Part shown: positions 1 to 11,300 of the stretch, in pieces
How the letters are laid out: the number at the start of each line of letters is the position of its first letter
How positions within the stretch are numbered: position 1 is the stretch's first letter
Assembly (NCBI GenBank): GCA_021813405.1
Contig: JAKAKS010000038.1
Coordinates: 42,630 to 106,629 of the forward strand
DNA: 64,000 bases
Direction: 5' to 3'
Source: Nitrospirota bacterium
GTDB taxonomy: Bacteria > Nitrospirota > Thermodesulfovibrionia > Thermodesulfovibrionales > JdFR-88
Notes under the pieces: model-generated
What the model was told of the DNA's origin: nothing
The model's input: the letters and a program-made list of their open reading frames with translations, nothing else
The model's database searches: none
Position numbers and translations under genes: made by a program

Positions 1-1
1 G

Positions 2-955
2 CTTGCGTCAGCTGAAGACGCTACCTTGTTCAACAATAACGCCGGGGCCGTTCTGATAGCGCTGTCGGCACTGGCCAGGGGGCGGGAAGTTATAGTGTCG
101 CGCGGGGAACTGGTGGAGATTGGCGGGTCCTTCCGCATCCCGGAGGTAATGGCGCAGAGCGGAGCCATTCTCCGCGAGGTTGGCGCAACCAATAAAACGC
201 ACCTGCGGGATTACGAAAACGCCATTGGGCCGGAGACCGCGCTTCTGCTGAAAGTGCACCGCTCTAATTACCGGATAACCGGGTTTTCGGCTGAGGTCTC
301 TGTGGAAAGCCTGGTTAAGCTGGGCGCTGAAAAAGGCATTCCCGTGATGTTTGACCTTGGAAGCGGCTGCCTTTTCGACCTTAAAAAAGTGGGCATCGGA
401 GATGAACCCGTAGTTAATGAAATCGTCCGTTCCGGAGTTGATCTGGTAACGTTCAGCGGCGACAAGCTGCTTGGCGGCCCGCAGGCGGGTATAATTGCGG
501 GCAAGACCGCGCTGATAGAAAAGATAAACAGGCATCCGCTTGCCAGGGCGCTTCGGATAGACAAGATGACGCTAGCCGCCCTTGAGGCCACCCTGTTTGA
601 TTGCGCCGACATCGAGAAGGCCCCTGAAAAGATACCGGCCTTGAGGATGCTGTTGGAGCCAGCCGAAAAGATAAGGGGCAGGGCGCGCGCGATCGCTAAA
701 AAGGCCGGGGCTGGCGCGAAGGTAGTTGAGGACCTCTCTGAAGCCGGCGGCGGATCGTTGCCTGGCGTGCTTTTGCCAACGTGGTGCGTTGCGGTGAAAG
801 GCCACAAATCGCCCAATAGCCTTGAGCTGCTGTTAAGAAAAGGGGACCCTCCCGTGATAGCACGAATAAAGGAGGGCACTCTTTTGCTGGATGCGCGCAC
901 CATCATGGACGGGGATGTTGAGCCGCTGGCGCGCAGACTTAAGGAAATCCTTTAA
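2..955 (+). CDS. selA: L-seryl-tRNA(Sec) selenium transferase SelA, C-terminal ~317 aa (5' end outside the window)
   Basis: The frame is open from the window edge; the listed start at 26 is an internal TTG. The translation ..ATLFNNNAGAVLIALSALARGREVIVSRGELVEIGGSFRIPEVM..LLKVHRSNYRITGF..DLGSG.. matches the conserved SelA core. Stop at 953-955. Confidence 0.85.
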   Translation, partial: LASAEDATLFNNNAGAVLIALSALARGREVIVSRGELVEIGGSFRIPEVMAQSGAILREVGATNKTHLRDYENAIGPETALLLKVHRSNYRITGFSAEVSVESLVKLGAEKGIPVMFDLGSGCLFDLKKVGIGDEPVVNEIVRSGVDLVTFSGDKLLGGPQAGIIAGKTALIEKINRHPLARALRIDKMTLAALEATLFDCADIEKAPEKIPALRMLLEPAEKIRGRARAIAKKAGAGAKVVEDLSEAGGGSLPGVLLPTWCVAVKGHKSPNSLELLLRKGDPPVIARIKEGTLLLDARTIMDGDVEPLARRLKEIL

Positions 956-998
956 GGCAAGCAGGGGCGGCCGCCCGGCCACCCACGGAAAAACCTGC

Positions 999-1409
999 TT
1001 ACATCCCGCCTAGTTCAGTCAAAATCCAGTTCACGGTTACAACCATGTCTTTTCGCAGGCTGTGATAGACCGAGCAGTATTTCTCATGAGAAAGGGCCAC
1101 GGCCTTTTTTACTTTCTTTTCATCCAGCCCGGAACCCTCTATATGGAGCGTCATATCTATTTTCTTGAAGAACTGAGGCGGCGCCGGGTTTCTCTCGCCG
1201 GTCAATTCAATCTTGAAATTCTTTACATCCACCTTCATTTTCCTCAGGAAAGAGACTGTATCTATAGCCATGCATCCGCCCAGCGACAACAGCAGGCTTT
1301 CAGTGGGCATGCAGCCCCATTCCACCTTCGCGTCGAATTCTATCTCATAACCAGTCTGGGTCATTCCCTTGAAGATCAGGTCTTTTTCCAGGAAAAGCCT
1401 GGCCTTCAT
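999..1409 (-). CDS. OsmC/Ohr-family protein
   Basis: From ATG 1409 the product reads MKARLFLEKDLIFKG... It carries the two Cys-containing motifs typical of OsmC (WGCMPTESLLLSLGGCMAID and HEKYCSVYHSL). The longer ORF reaching 1697 is treated as a spurious upstream extension. Confidence 0.75.
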   Translation of the reverse strand: MKARLFLEKDLIFKGMTQTGYEIEFDAKVEWGCMPTESLLLSLGGCMAIDTVSFLRKMKVDVKNFKIELTGERNPAPPQFFKKIDMTLHIEGSGLDEKKVKKAVALSHEKYCSVYHSLRKDMVVTVNWILTELGGM

Positions 1410-1566
1410 GACCGGCGCTACTTTTTCCTTGTATCCGGTTAGAGCTTTATCGTCCAGGCCGCCGCTTTCGTTATGCACGCTCTTCGTCCTCCAGAAATGG
1501 ATTTTGTTTTTTATATTAAACCAAACCGGCCGGAATTTCGAGTTTTCTAAAAATAGTAAAATATTT

Positions 1567-2319
1567 ATGATGACTGGTTTTATAGACATACATTGCCACT
1601 TGCTGCCCGGCCTGGATGACGGTCCGTCCGGTTTTGAAACTGCGGCATCAATGCTTGAAATGGCCGCCGCGGACGGCATAGCCCACATATTTACCACTCC
1701 CCATTTCCAGCCGGGCGGAGGTGCTTATTCCACAAATTCAAAAGAGAAGATAATAAGCGCGCTCTCCAGCTTCCAATCCCGCTTAAACACCGGGGTCAAT
1801 CTCTATTACGGTTCGGACGTGCGGATCAGCTATGACATAACCTCCCGGATTGAGAACGGGGAGGCCGCCACCCTTGGCGGTACGGAGTTTTTTCTTCTGG
1901 AGCTTACGGACCATGTGCTAGTCCCAAATGTAGAGGGCCTGGTTTTCAATATGCGGAAAAGAGGTCTCATGCCGATTATTACCCATCCGGAGCGTTACGC
2001 ATATTTCCTCAAGGACATGGCCCCATTAAGGCTTATGCGTGAAAACGGGGCAATGGTGCAGATAACCGCCCTCAGCGTTACAGGCGGGTTTGGCCGTTCC
2101 GCCCGGAAGCTGTGCATAGGCATGCTGGAAGAAGGCATGGTGGATTTTGTTGCAACGGACGCACACAATACCAAAGGCCGCCCTCCGGTGCTTTCCGCCG
2201 CATATAACGAAATCAAAAAGGAATTCGGCGATAAAGCAGCCGGTAAAATTTTTTTCGAGAACCCAAAGATGATTCTGGAGAAAATCGCCTCCGGCCCGCT
2301 TAAAAACAATCCCTCCTGA
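1567..2319 (+). CDS. PHP-family protein-tyrosine phosphatase (CpsB/YwqE-like)
   Basis: ATG-ATG at 1567-1572, then MMTGFIDIHCHLLPGLDDGP, the hallmark N-terminus of CpsB/YwqE Mn-dependent phosphatases. Later His/Asp motifs are present (ITHPERY, VATDAHN). The ORF-track start at 1369 overlaps the OsmC gene and was rejected. Confidence 0.75.
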   Translation: MMTGFIDIHCHLLPGLDDGPSGFETAASMLEMAAADGIAHIFTTPHFQPGGGAYSTNSKEKIISALSSFQSRLNTGVNLYYGSDVRISYDITSRIENGEAATLGGTEFFLLELTDHVLVPNVEGLVFNMRKRGLMPIITHPERYAYFLKDMAPLRLMRENGAMVQITALSVTGGFGRSARKLCIGMLEEGMVDFVATDAHNTKGRPPVLSAAYNEIKKEFGDKAAGKIFFENPKMILEKIASGPLKNNPS

Positions 2320-2388
2320 TTTTTTTTGCTCCGCAGGCAGCCGTCCTGGATTTCGCTATAATTAAAGTGCTAAGGGCAAGGCTGCTAT

Positions 2389-5298
2389 ATGGAAGACCGG
2401 ATAAGGGAAATAGCGCTAAGGCTGCATGAGTCCACTAATGCCGGCACTCCTTCTGTTTTCGATAAAACTAAATGGACGGGCAGGCTGATGCATTGGGCCA
2501 TGGAGGACGAAGCCCTCAAGATCCAGCTCCTGCGTTTCGTAGACGTCCTGCCCGCGCTTAAAAAAGACGAACTTGTCCTGAAGATTTTCAGGGAGTACTT
2601 CGCCGGCCTGCCGTCCCTGCCGCCTGTAATCGGGTTCGCTTTAAACAGGCTTGCGCGCGCCAAAAGATTTCCGTATACGGCGGCGGCGTGGATTCCAGCG
2701 GTGGTGATAAGGGCGTCTGTCAGGTCCCTTGCCGGCCTGTTCATTGCCGGTAAGGATCCGGCCCATGCTCTGCATAACCTGAACAAGCTTCAGCAGGACG
2801 GCGCCGCCCTGAGCATAGATATTCTGGGCGAGGTGGTGGTAAGCGAAAAGGAGGCCCGGCTATATCAGCGCAGGTATCTTGATTTGCTTGAATTTCTGGG
2901 CGCCAATTTCTCGCCGGGCACCGTGCCCGGTGTTTCACTGAAAGTGTCCTCCTTCTATTCACAGATGGATCCGCTTAACTGGGAAGGCTCCATCCGGCAG
3001 GCTAAGGAGGCCATCCTGCCTGTATTTAAAAAAGCAATGGAACTGGGTGTAACGGTAACTCTGGATATGGAGCACTACCATCTGAAAGACCTCACAATAG
3101 AAATATTCAAGAGCGTTCTGGGCGAACTGCAAAGCGGGGCATCCGCGGGTATTGCAATCCAGGCCTACCTTAAAGAGTCCAGAAATGACCTTGGCGGATT
3201 AATAGACTGGGCCAGGCAGAGCGGGCACAGGATAACCGTGAGGCTTGTTAAGGGGGCCTATTGGGACTATGAAGTGGCTGTGAACCGTCAAAAAGGATGG
3301 CCCGTGCCTGTGTTCATGGAAAAGGCACAAACAGACGCCAATTATGAGGAGCTTGCGGCCTTTCTGATCGTAAATCACAAAACCGTGCGCCCGGCCATTG
3401 CCACACACAATTTAAGGAGCATCGCGGCGGCCATTGCGGCAGCCGAAAAGGCCGGGCTGAAGCCCGGCGATATTGAATTCCAGGTGCTGTATGGGATGGG
3501 GGAGCCCGCCAGGAATGCGCTCAAGCCGTTTCCATTCAAGGTGCGCGTTTACAGTCCGGTAGGGGATATGATACCCGGCATGGCCTACCTTGTGCGCAGG
3601 ATACTGGAGAACACGGCCAACGAATCTTTTTTAAGGAGGTCCTTTGCCGAAAAGCTGGATTTTGACCAGCTTGTAAAGCCGCACGAAGCAGCATTAAGCG
3701 CACCGGCAACACTGGAAATATTGGAAACGGCGGCCACTGAAGAATTCAGGAACGAGCCGGCAACGGATTTCGCGAAGGACGCAAACAGGCGAAAAATGAA
3801 AGATGCGCTTGCGGCAGCAAAAGGCCGGTTTGGATCCATGTACCCTCTTTGTATCGGCGCGAATGAACGGGCCGCGGCCAATGAAACATCTTCCGTAAAC
3901 CCGGCAGTTCCAAATGAAATAATCGGCAGGATATCATCAGCCACCCGGCAGGACGCGGAGGACGCAGTCACGGAGGCGCAAAAGGCGTTTACTGCCTGGA
4001 GCAGGACCCCGGCAAGCAGGCGGGCCGCCATACTCTTTCAAGCCGCAGGCATCATGCGCCAAAGGCGGTTTGAGCTTGCGGCAACGCAGGTGTACGAGGT
4101 TGGCAAAACCGTGACCGAGGCCGATGCCGATGTGGCCGAGGCAATAGATTACCTGGAATATTACGGGCGCGAAGCGCTCCGCATTGCAAAACCGGCCAGG
4201 CTGGGTGCATCTTATCCCGGAGAGAGGAACGTTTATTTTTACAAGCCGCGTGGAATTGGAGTTGTGATATCGCCCTGGAATTTCCCGCTTGCCATACCGG
4301 CCGGGATGGCTTCCGCCGCAATAGTTGCCGGTAATTGCGCCATCCTGAAGCCTTCCGGCTTTTCGCCGGTTTGTGCATGGCAGCTTGTAAAAATATTCAG
4401 TGAGGCCGGGCTGCCGCCCGGGGTGCTCCAGTATCTTCCAGGGCCGGGCGGCGAGGTTGGAGAGCACCTTGTCCGCCATCCGGCTGTGGATTTCATTGCC
4501 TTTACCGGCTCCAAAGATGTAGGGCTCAGGATCGTGAAGCTTGCCGGAGAAACCCGCACTGGGCAGCGAAATGTAAAGAAGGTAATCGCCGAGATGGGCG
4601 GTAAAAATGCCGTAATCGTTGATGAAACTGCGGACCTGGACGAGGCCGTAAAAGGCGTGCTGGATTCCGCCTTTGGCTATCAGGGGCAGAAGTGCTCCGC
4701 CTGTTCCCGGGTGATTGTATTAAAGGACGTGTTTGATGAATTTACCGCACGGCTCCGCGGCGCGGCGGAAAGTATCGAGATTGGCCCGCCGGAAGCACCT
4801 TCCACGTTCATGGGCCCGCTGATAGATGAAAGCGCGCTAAAGAAAGTGCAAAAATACATGGCAATTGGCAAGGCGCAATGCAAAATCATCATTGCGCCAG
4901 AGCAGGTAAAAGGCTGGTACGCCGCCCCTGCCATTTTTGAAACCGGCCCGGACAACCCAATTGCCCTGGAAGAGATATTCGGCCCGGTGCTGGCTGCGAT
5001 AAAGGCCGGCAGTTTTGAAGAGGCGCTTGCCATAGCAAACGGCACGGGGTATGCCCTTACCGGGGGGATATTTTCCAGGAGCCCGGCAAATATTGAAAAG
5101 GCCAGAGAGGGATTCATGGTGGGCAACCTCTACATAAACAGAAAGATCACCGGCGCGCTTGTGGGCAGGCAGCCTTTTGGTGGGATTGCAATGTCGGGCG
5201 TGGGCTCGAAGGCCGGCGGCCCGGATTATCTGCTGCAATTCATGGAACCCGTATCCCAGAGTGAAAACACCATGCGCAAGGGTTTTGCGCCGCTATAG
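2389..5298 (+). CDS. putA: Bifunctional proline dehydrogenase / L-glutamate gamma-semialdehyde (P5C) dehydrogenase
   Basis: 969 aa. The N-terminal half has PRODH barrel motifs (VRLVKGAYWDYE, IATHN). The C-terminal half is an aldehyde dehydrogenase (EMGGKNAVIVDETADLDEAV, FGYQGQKCSACSR, EEIFGPVL). Confidence 0.9.
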   Translation: MEDRIREIALRLHESTNAGTPSVFDKTKWTGRLMHWAMEDEALKIQLLRFVDVLPALKKDELVLKIFREYFAGLPSLPPVIGFALNRLARAKRFPYTAAAWIPAVVIRASVRSLAGLFIAGKDPAHALHNLNKLQQDGAALSIDILGEVVVSEKEARLYQRRYLDLLEFLGANFSPGTVPGVSLKVSSFYSQMDPLNWEGSIRQAKEAILPVFKKAMELGVTVTLDMEHYHLKDLTIEIFKSVLGELQSGASAGIAIQAYLKESRNDLGGLIDWARQSGHRITVRLVKGAYWDYEVAVNRQKGWPVPVFMEKAQTDANYEELAAFLIVNHKTVRPAIATHNLRSIAAAIAAAEKAGLKPGDIEFQVLYGMGEPARNALKPFPFKVRVYSPVGDMIPGMAYLVRRILENTANESFLRRSFAEKLDFDQLVKPHEAALSAPATLEILETAATEEFRNEPATDFAKDANRRKMKDALAAAKGRFGSMYPLCIGANERAAANETSSVNPAVPNEIIGRISSATRQDAEDAVTEAQKAFTAWSRTPASRRAAILFQAAGIMRQRRFELAATQVYEVGKTVTEADADVAEAIDYLEYYGREALRIAKPARLGASYPGERNVYFYKPRGIGVVISPWNFPLAIPAGMASAAIVAGNCAILKPSGFSPVCAWQLVKIFSEAGLPPGVLQYLPGPGGEVGEHLVRHPAVDFIAFTGSKDVGLRIVKLAGETRTGQRNVKKVIAEMGGKNAVIVDETADLDEAVKGVLDSAFGYQGQKCSACSRVIVLKDVFDEFTARLRGAAESIEIGPPEAPSTFMGPLIDESALKKVQKYMAIGKAQCKIIIAPEQVKGWYAAPAIFETGPDNPIALEEIFGPVLAAIKAGSFEEALAIANGTGYALTGGIFSRSPANIEKAREGFMVGNLYINRKITGALVGRQPFGGIAMSGVGSKAGGPDYLLQFMEPVSQSENTMRKGFAPL

Positions 5299-5312
5299 TT
5301 TTGCGTTTAAGA

Positions 5313-5350
5313 AAAGGCGGCACAGGATCAGGCCTGCCCCGCCTTTCTTT
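5313..5350 (+). terminator. Putative intrinsic terminator after putA, in the convergent gap with the giant gene
   Basis: AAAGGCGG(ca)CAGG-atcagg-CCTG(cc)CCGCCTTT: 8+4 bp with a 2x2 internal mismatch, followed by CTTT. Confidence 0.45.
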
Positions 5351-5360
5351 ATGACTGTGA

Positions 5361-8300
5361 CTAACTATGGCTGATGATATAGTTTGCGCAATCTATAAGC
5401 ACAGCCGCAGCCTGGCTGCTTATGCTCTTCCCGTTCTGGGCTTGCACCAGTTTTATGAAAGACTGCATCTTGTTGTTACCGGCCGAACTATTGCTGCTAT
5501 TGTAATCAGTTTTGGCTGCGATAAGATCGGAGAGGAGGCTGTTGTAAACATCGCTGCTTGTTATTGCCCCTGATGAGAAATATTGGTTGATCAGCGCGGA
5601 AGTCCCGTCCGTTGTGGCAATTATGTTATAAACGGCTGACTGCGCTGTCGCGTTTCCGGCCTTGTCCGAGGCGGTTACGGTATAGGTGAAAGTACCCAGC
5701 CCAAGCCCGTCACCGCCGGTCAGGCTGGCGCTGCTGGTTGCCACTCCGCTTAGCGCGTCAGTTGCGGTGTAACTTGCAGTTGGGACATTCAGGCCCAGGT
5801 CATATGTTGCCCCGTTGGTAATGCCTGTTATGGCGATCACAGGCGGTGTCTCATCTATGCTCACAATTGCGCTGGACGAGGCCGTGTTGCCAGCCATGTC
5901 TGTGGCCGTTCCGGCAATATTCTGGTTTGCCCCTTCCGTTGCCACTGTTACCGGAGTCGGACAAGAGGCGATTCCGGACAAGGAATCGGAGCAGCTAAAG
6001 CTTACCGTTATGCCGGTATTATTCCATCCGTAAGAGTTTGGAGCGGACGCCGCGGTTGCCGTTACGGTTGGCGGCGTCCTGTCTATGTTCAAGGTTGCAC
6101 AAGCCGAGGCCGTATCTCCCTCATTGTCTGTGGCCGTTCCGCATACCTTCTGGTTTGCCCCTTCTGTTGCCACCGTAACCGGGGCAGGACAACTGGCCAC
6201 GCCGCCAGAGCCGCCGCTGCACGCAAAGCTTACGGTTGCGTTCGTATTGTTCCAACCGTTGGAGTTGGGCAGAGGGCTGACCGTTGCCGTTATAGTGGGA
6301 GGGACCCTTAAAGCGAACGAAGCGCTTAAGGTGCAATTGGCAGTAACAGGGCCGGCCGTTGTGCCGTTGAGCATGCTGCAGCCCGTAACACTGCTTATGT
6401 AATATCCAGGCGCCGGCGTTACCGTAAACTGAGTGGTGCTGCCGTAAGCAACCGTCATCGGTGTTGACGGGCTTATGCTGCCCCCGTTCGATGAACTGCC
6501 GGGGTAGACCTCCCCGTATTTTTCAATGCGGTTATTCACATAATCGTTAACGTATACGCTTCCTCCGGCATCAACCGCCACTTTTGTAAGCCAGGACTGT
6601 CCGAACTGGCCGGGGCCCGCCCCTGCGGAGCCTATCGTGGCCAGCAATCCAGATGTGTAAGACCCGCCGGATGCCGCGGCATCGGGGTTGATCTTAGCGA
6701 TGTCTACCTCCCATGGCTGAGAGGCATACAGGTTGCCCTGGCCGTCCAGCGCTATACCCACCACGCGATCGGCATACCACTCGTTCAGGAAATTGCCGTT
6801 TTCATCGAATGTGTCAATACCCATCATGTGATAGTCAATAACATATACGTGGCCGGAAGTATTGTCCACGGCAATCCCGTTCGGGCCCCACCAATGCTCA
6901 TAGGGGTCCAGGAAGACGCTCCACTGGGTTATGAACCCGCCGGAAGGGTTGAATTTCTGGACCAGGTTGTTGCCAAAATCGGCAACATAAATGTTCCCCG
7001 ATGAGTCCACCGCCACTCCCCTTGGTCCGGCGCAATACCCGTTGCCGCTGCCGTAAGTGCATACGTTCATGATGAACGAACCGTTGGGATCGAACTTCTG
7101 GACGCGGTTATTCCCGGAATCGGCAACATAAACATCTCCGGAGGCGTCCACCGCCAGTCCGAACGGGTCTATGAATTGGCCGTTGGCCGATCCGTAAGAG
7201 CCCCATTGCCTCAAATAGTTCCCGTTTGAATCGAACACCTCGATCCGATGGTTGGTGCCGTCCGCAACGTATATCTCTCCGCTGAGGCTCACGGCCACTG
7301 CCTCGGGCTGATTAAACTGCCCGTTTCCTGTTCCGTAAGAGCCCCATTGCGTCAGGTATTGGTAACTGTTAGCGCTTCCCGCTATCCCGGCCGTGGGGGT
7401 TACGGTATAAGTGTTTATGGCAAAAGAGGCGCTCACTGTGCAATCGAAGGTAATCGGCCCAGTTGTATAGGTATTCCCAGACAAGGTGCCCGACGAGGCC
7501 CCCCCGGCGCCGCAATTGTCTGTAACCGAGGTGATGTGATAACCAGTAACAGGCGTGACAGTGAAGGCCCCCGACGTATTATAGATGGCAGTCTGGGATG
7601 CGGGACTGATAGTCCCGTTGCCAACCGCCGATCCGGTAACTGTGTAAGTATTAATCGCAAACGCGGCTGTTACGGAGCAGTTTGAGGTAACCGGCCCGGT
7701 AGTGTAGGTGCTGCCGGACAGTGTGCCGGAAGAACTCCCTCCGGCGCCGCAATTGTCTGTAATCGAAGAGATGTGATAACCAGTAACAGGCGTGACAGTG
7801 AAGGCCCCCGGTGTGTTATAGATGGCTATCTGGGATGCGGGACTGATAGTCCCGTTGCCAACCGCCGATCCGGTAACGGTATAGGTGTTTGTCACAAAGC
7901 TGGCCGATACGGTGCAGTTGGCAATTACCGGCCCTGTTGTATAGATGGGGCCGTTAAGAATACCTCCGCAGCCCGTAACGCCGCTAATGTGGTATCCCGT
8001 ATTCGGCGTTACCGTAAACGAAGTAATCCCGTTGTAGGCCATGATTTGAGGCGCTGCAGGATTGATGCTGCCACCGGCGGAAGATGTGCCGTTGTAGACC
8101 TCCTGAAACTCCGCCACACGGGCTTGATTGAATCCTTGGGGGACATATATGTTTCCTGAGGAGTCCGCCGCGATCAATCCGGCATTGGCGGCGCTCCACT
8201 GTGCAAGAAAATTGCCGTTGGTGTCGTATTTATCGATAAGGCCATTACTGTCGGAAACATAAATGTCCCCTGAGCCGTCAATCGCCAAGCCTCCCCAGTT

Positions 8301-11300
8301 ACCCGTGGTTACACTCCACTGGGTAAGATAGTTGCCGTTGGGATCGAATTTCTGGACGCGGTAGTCATCACTTACATAGACATTCCCTAAGTTGTCTACC
8401 GCAATTCCCTTCACATATTCAAACTGCCCGTTGCCTGATCCCCAGGAGCCCCATTGGGTAATGCAGTTGCCGTTCGGATCGAATTTTACCACGCGATAAT
8501 GGTCGGCATCGGTAACGTATATATTGCCGAAGCCATCCACCGCCACTCCCCACGGCGTGCCACCGGATTGCGAGGCAAAAGAATAGCTTATCCCTTTATA
8601 GATCCAGGAACTCCAATGGGCCAGTAAATTGCCGTTTGAATCGAACTTCTGGACGCGTTGGCTGTCAGCAACATAAATATTGCCCTGGCCGTCTGCGGCA
8701 ATTCCCAGCGGATACAAGAAAGTGCCATTGCCATTGTAACCCCATTGGGCCAGAAAGTTGCCGCTCCTGTCGAACTTCTGTACATTGTTCATCTCCCAGT
8801 CAGTAACATATACATTGCCTGCTGCGTCCACCGCCGCCCCCACGGGCCAGCCAAACTGCCCGTTGCCATAACCCGAGGAGCCCCAGGCGTTTTCCAGTTG
8901 GTAAGTGCTTGAGACCCCCTCAGTTCCGGCAGAAGGCGTTACTGTGTAGGTGTATACGGCGAATGAAGTGCTTACCGTGCAATCGGACGTAACAGGGCCT
9001 GTCGTGTAAATATTGCCATTGAGGGTACCACCGCAGCCCGTAACGGAACTGATGTAATATCCTGTGGCTGGCGTTACCGTAAACGACTGAATGCTGCCGT
9101 TTGGCACGGGTATGGAACCGGAAGGCGATATGCTGCCGTCTGGCCCGGCAGTTGACGTTATGACGGGGGCTATGGCAAAGGTTGCCGAAATGGTGTGATT
9201 TGCATACACACTGCTGAACGTATAACTGCCGACCGCCCCCTGATAAACACCGTCTACCTGGACGCCGGTTGTGTAATATCCCTGCGCCGGGGTGATGGTA
9301 AAGGTTTGTGAGCTTCCGGTTAGCACGATTACCTGGCCCGAAGGCGATATGCTGCCGCCGGCCCCCGCGCTTGCCGATATGGTAAATGAGCTGGGCCATG
9401 CAGAGAAGGAAGCATTTACATAACAGTCGGCTGTAACCGGACCTGTGGTATAAACATTTCCGGAAAGCGTCCCCATACAGCCAGTAACGCCGCTTACGTA
9501 ATATCCGGGCGCCGGCGTGACCGTGAACTGCGTGGTGCCGCCCGAAGCAACCGCCACCGGCGTTTGGGGATTAATGCAGCCCTCAGGCGGACAGGCCCCG
9601 TTGTAGACCGGCTGGAATTCCTGGATGCGGTAACTATCGTCGCCAACATATAGGTCCCCTGCGGCGTTAACCGCCACCCCTTCCGTCCCGATGAACTGGC
9701 CGTTGCCAGTTCCGGTAGAGCCTATCATGGCGAGATAATTGCCGTTTGAATCGAATTTCATTATCCCGTTATTGCCCGGCGGGAGGGAGCCCGAGCCGGG
9801 AGCCCACGAATTGGCATAAATGTTGCCTTGGGCGTCTATTGCCAGGTCCCATACTCCTCCGTTATTCTGTGTATCTAAAGGAGCAGTCCACTGAGTCAGG
9901 AGATTGCCGTTTGAGTCAAATTTCTGGATAGTATTGCCGCCGTTTGCAATATAGATATCCCCTGAGGCGTCTATAGCTATCCCCCAAGGGCCATACGTCC
10001 ATCCGGAATAACTCCATTGGGACAAATAATTGCCGTTAGGATCGAACTTCTGCACGCGGTTATTCTGCCAATCGGTAACGTAAATATTACCGGACGGATC
10101 AAAGGCCATTGCGCCGGGGCCGTTAAACATGCCGTCACCCGTCCCCAGGGAACCCCACTGGGTCAGATAATTTCCGCTTGGGCCGAATTTGACAATGCGG
10201 TTGTTGTTAAGGTCGGAAACGTACAGATCACCGGTGGCGTCTACTGCAACTTCATTGGGTGAATTAAATGCCAGGCCGATGCCATCTGAAATCCATTGGG
10301 CGAGATAATTGCCGTTAGGATCAAACTTCTGCACGCGGTTGTTTCCCGAATCCGCAACATAAACATTACTGTTGGCGTCCACAGCCACCCCTTCCATATA
10401 ACCAAACTGCCCGTTCCCCGTCCCCTGGGATCCCCATTGGGTGAGATACTGATAGTTGTTGGCACTTCCGGCTATTCCTGCAGATGGGGTGACAGTATAC
10501 GTGTTTATCTCAAACATGGCAGTTACGGAGCAGTTTGAGGTAACCGGCCCGGTAGTGTAGGTGTTGCCGGACAGTGTGCCGGAAGAACTCCCTCCTGCGC
10601 CGCAATTGTCCGCAACCGAGGAGATGTGGTAACCGGTATTGGGTGTAACTGTAAAGGACGATGTGGAAACATAGTTTATGGCCTGGGATGCGGGACTGAT
10701 CGTCCCGTTGCTGCCCGCCGCCGACGTAACCGTATAGGTGTTTATTACAAATGTGGCCGTTACGGAGCAATCAGCGGTAATCGGCCCCGTTGTATAGATG
10801 TTGCCGGACAAAGCACCTCCGCAGCCTGTTACCGATGAGATGCCGTACCCCTGATTCGGAGTGACTGTAAATGATGTGGTCCCGTTATATTCTACACTTG
10901 CCGGCGCAGGGCTGATTGTTCCACTGCCGGAAACCACAGTAGATATGGTGTAGGTGCTTATAGCAAAAGCAGCAGACACAGTGCAATCTGACGTTACGGG
11001 GCCTGTAGTGTAGGTGTTACCGGACAACGTGCCCCCACAACCTGTCACCGAAGAAATGCTATACCCCGTATCCGGCGTAACCGTAAACGGCACGGTACTG
11101 CCAGGCATTACAGTTTCAGACATTGAGGAGTTGATAATGCCGCCAGGGGTGGCTAACGGAGTTACGACTGGCAAGGAACCGTTTTCCCATAGCGTAGCCT
11201 GGGCAAAGCCGGCTGAAGTGGAGCTTATGCCCGCGGCTACCCCTGAATTATTCATGGCATTTGCCTGGGTGAAAGTGCTGTAAGGCCCCCCATTTGGGCC

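Noticed and set aside
2-955. Presence of selA prompted a search for in-frame TGA (selenocysteine) genes in the window
   Set aside because: No pair of same-frame ORFs separated by a single TGA with a downstream hairpin was noticed. NuoG and the other redox genes here read through without interruption.
1369-1566. N-terminal extension of the phosphatase ORF (start at 1369), and the extension of the OsmC ORF up to 1697
   Set aside because: The extensions overlap each other on opposite strands and add non-conserved sequence. The family-typical N-termini (MMTGFIDIHCH.. and MKARLF..) begin at internal ATGs.
5847-10733. Periodic repeats that might be mistaken for a CRISPR or other non-coding array
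   Set aside because: The repeat units are 228-237 nt and in frame, encode protein domains, and have no unique spacers. They are coding tandem repeats, not CRISPR.
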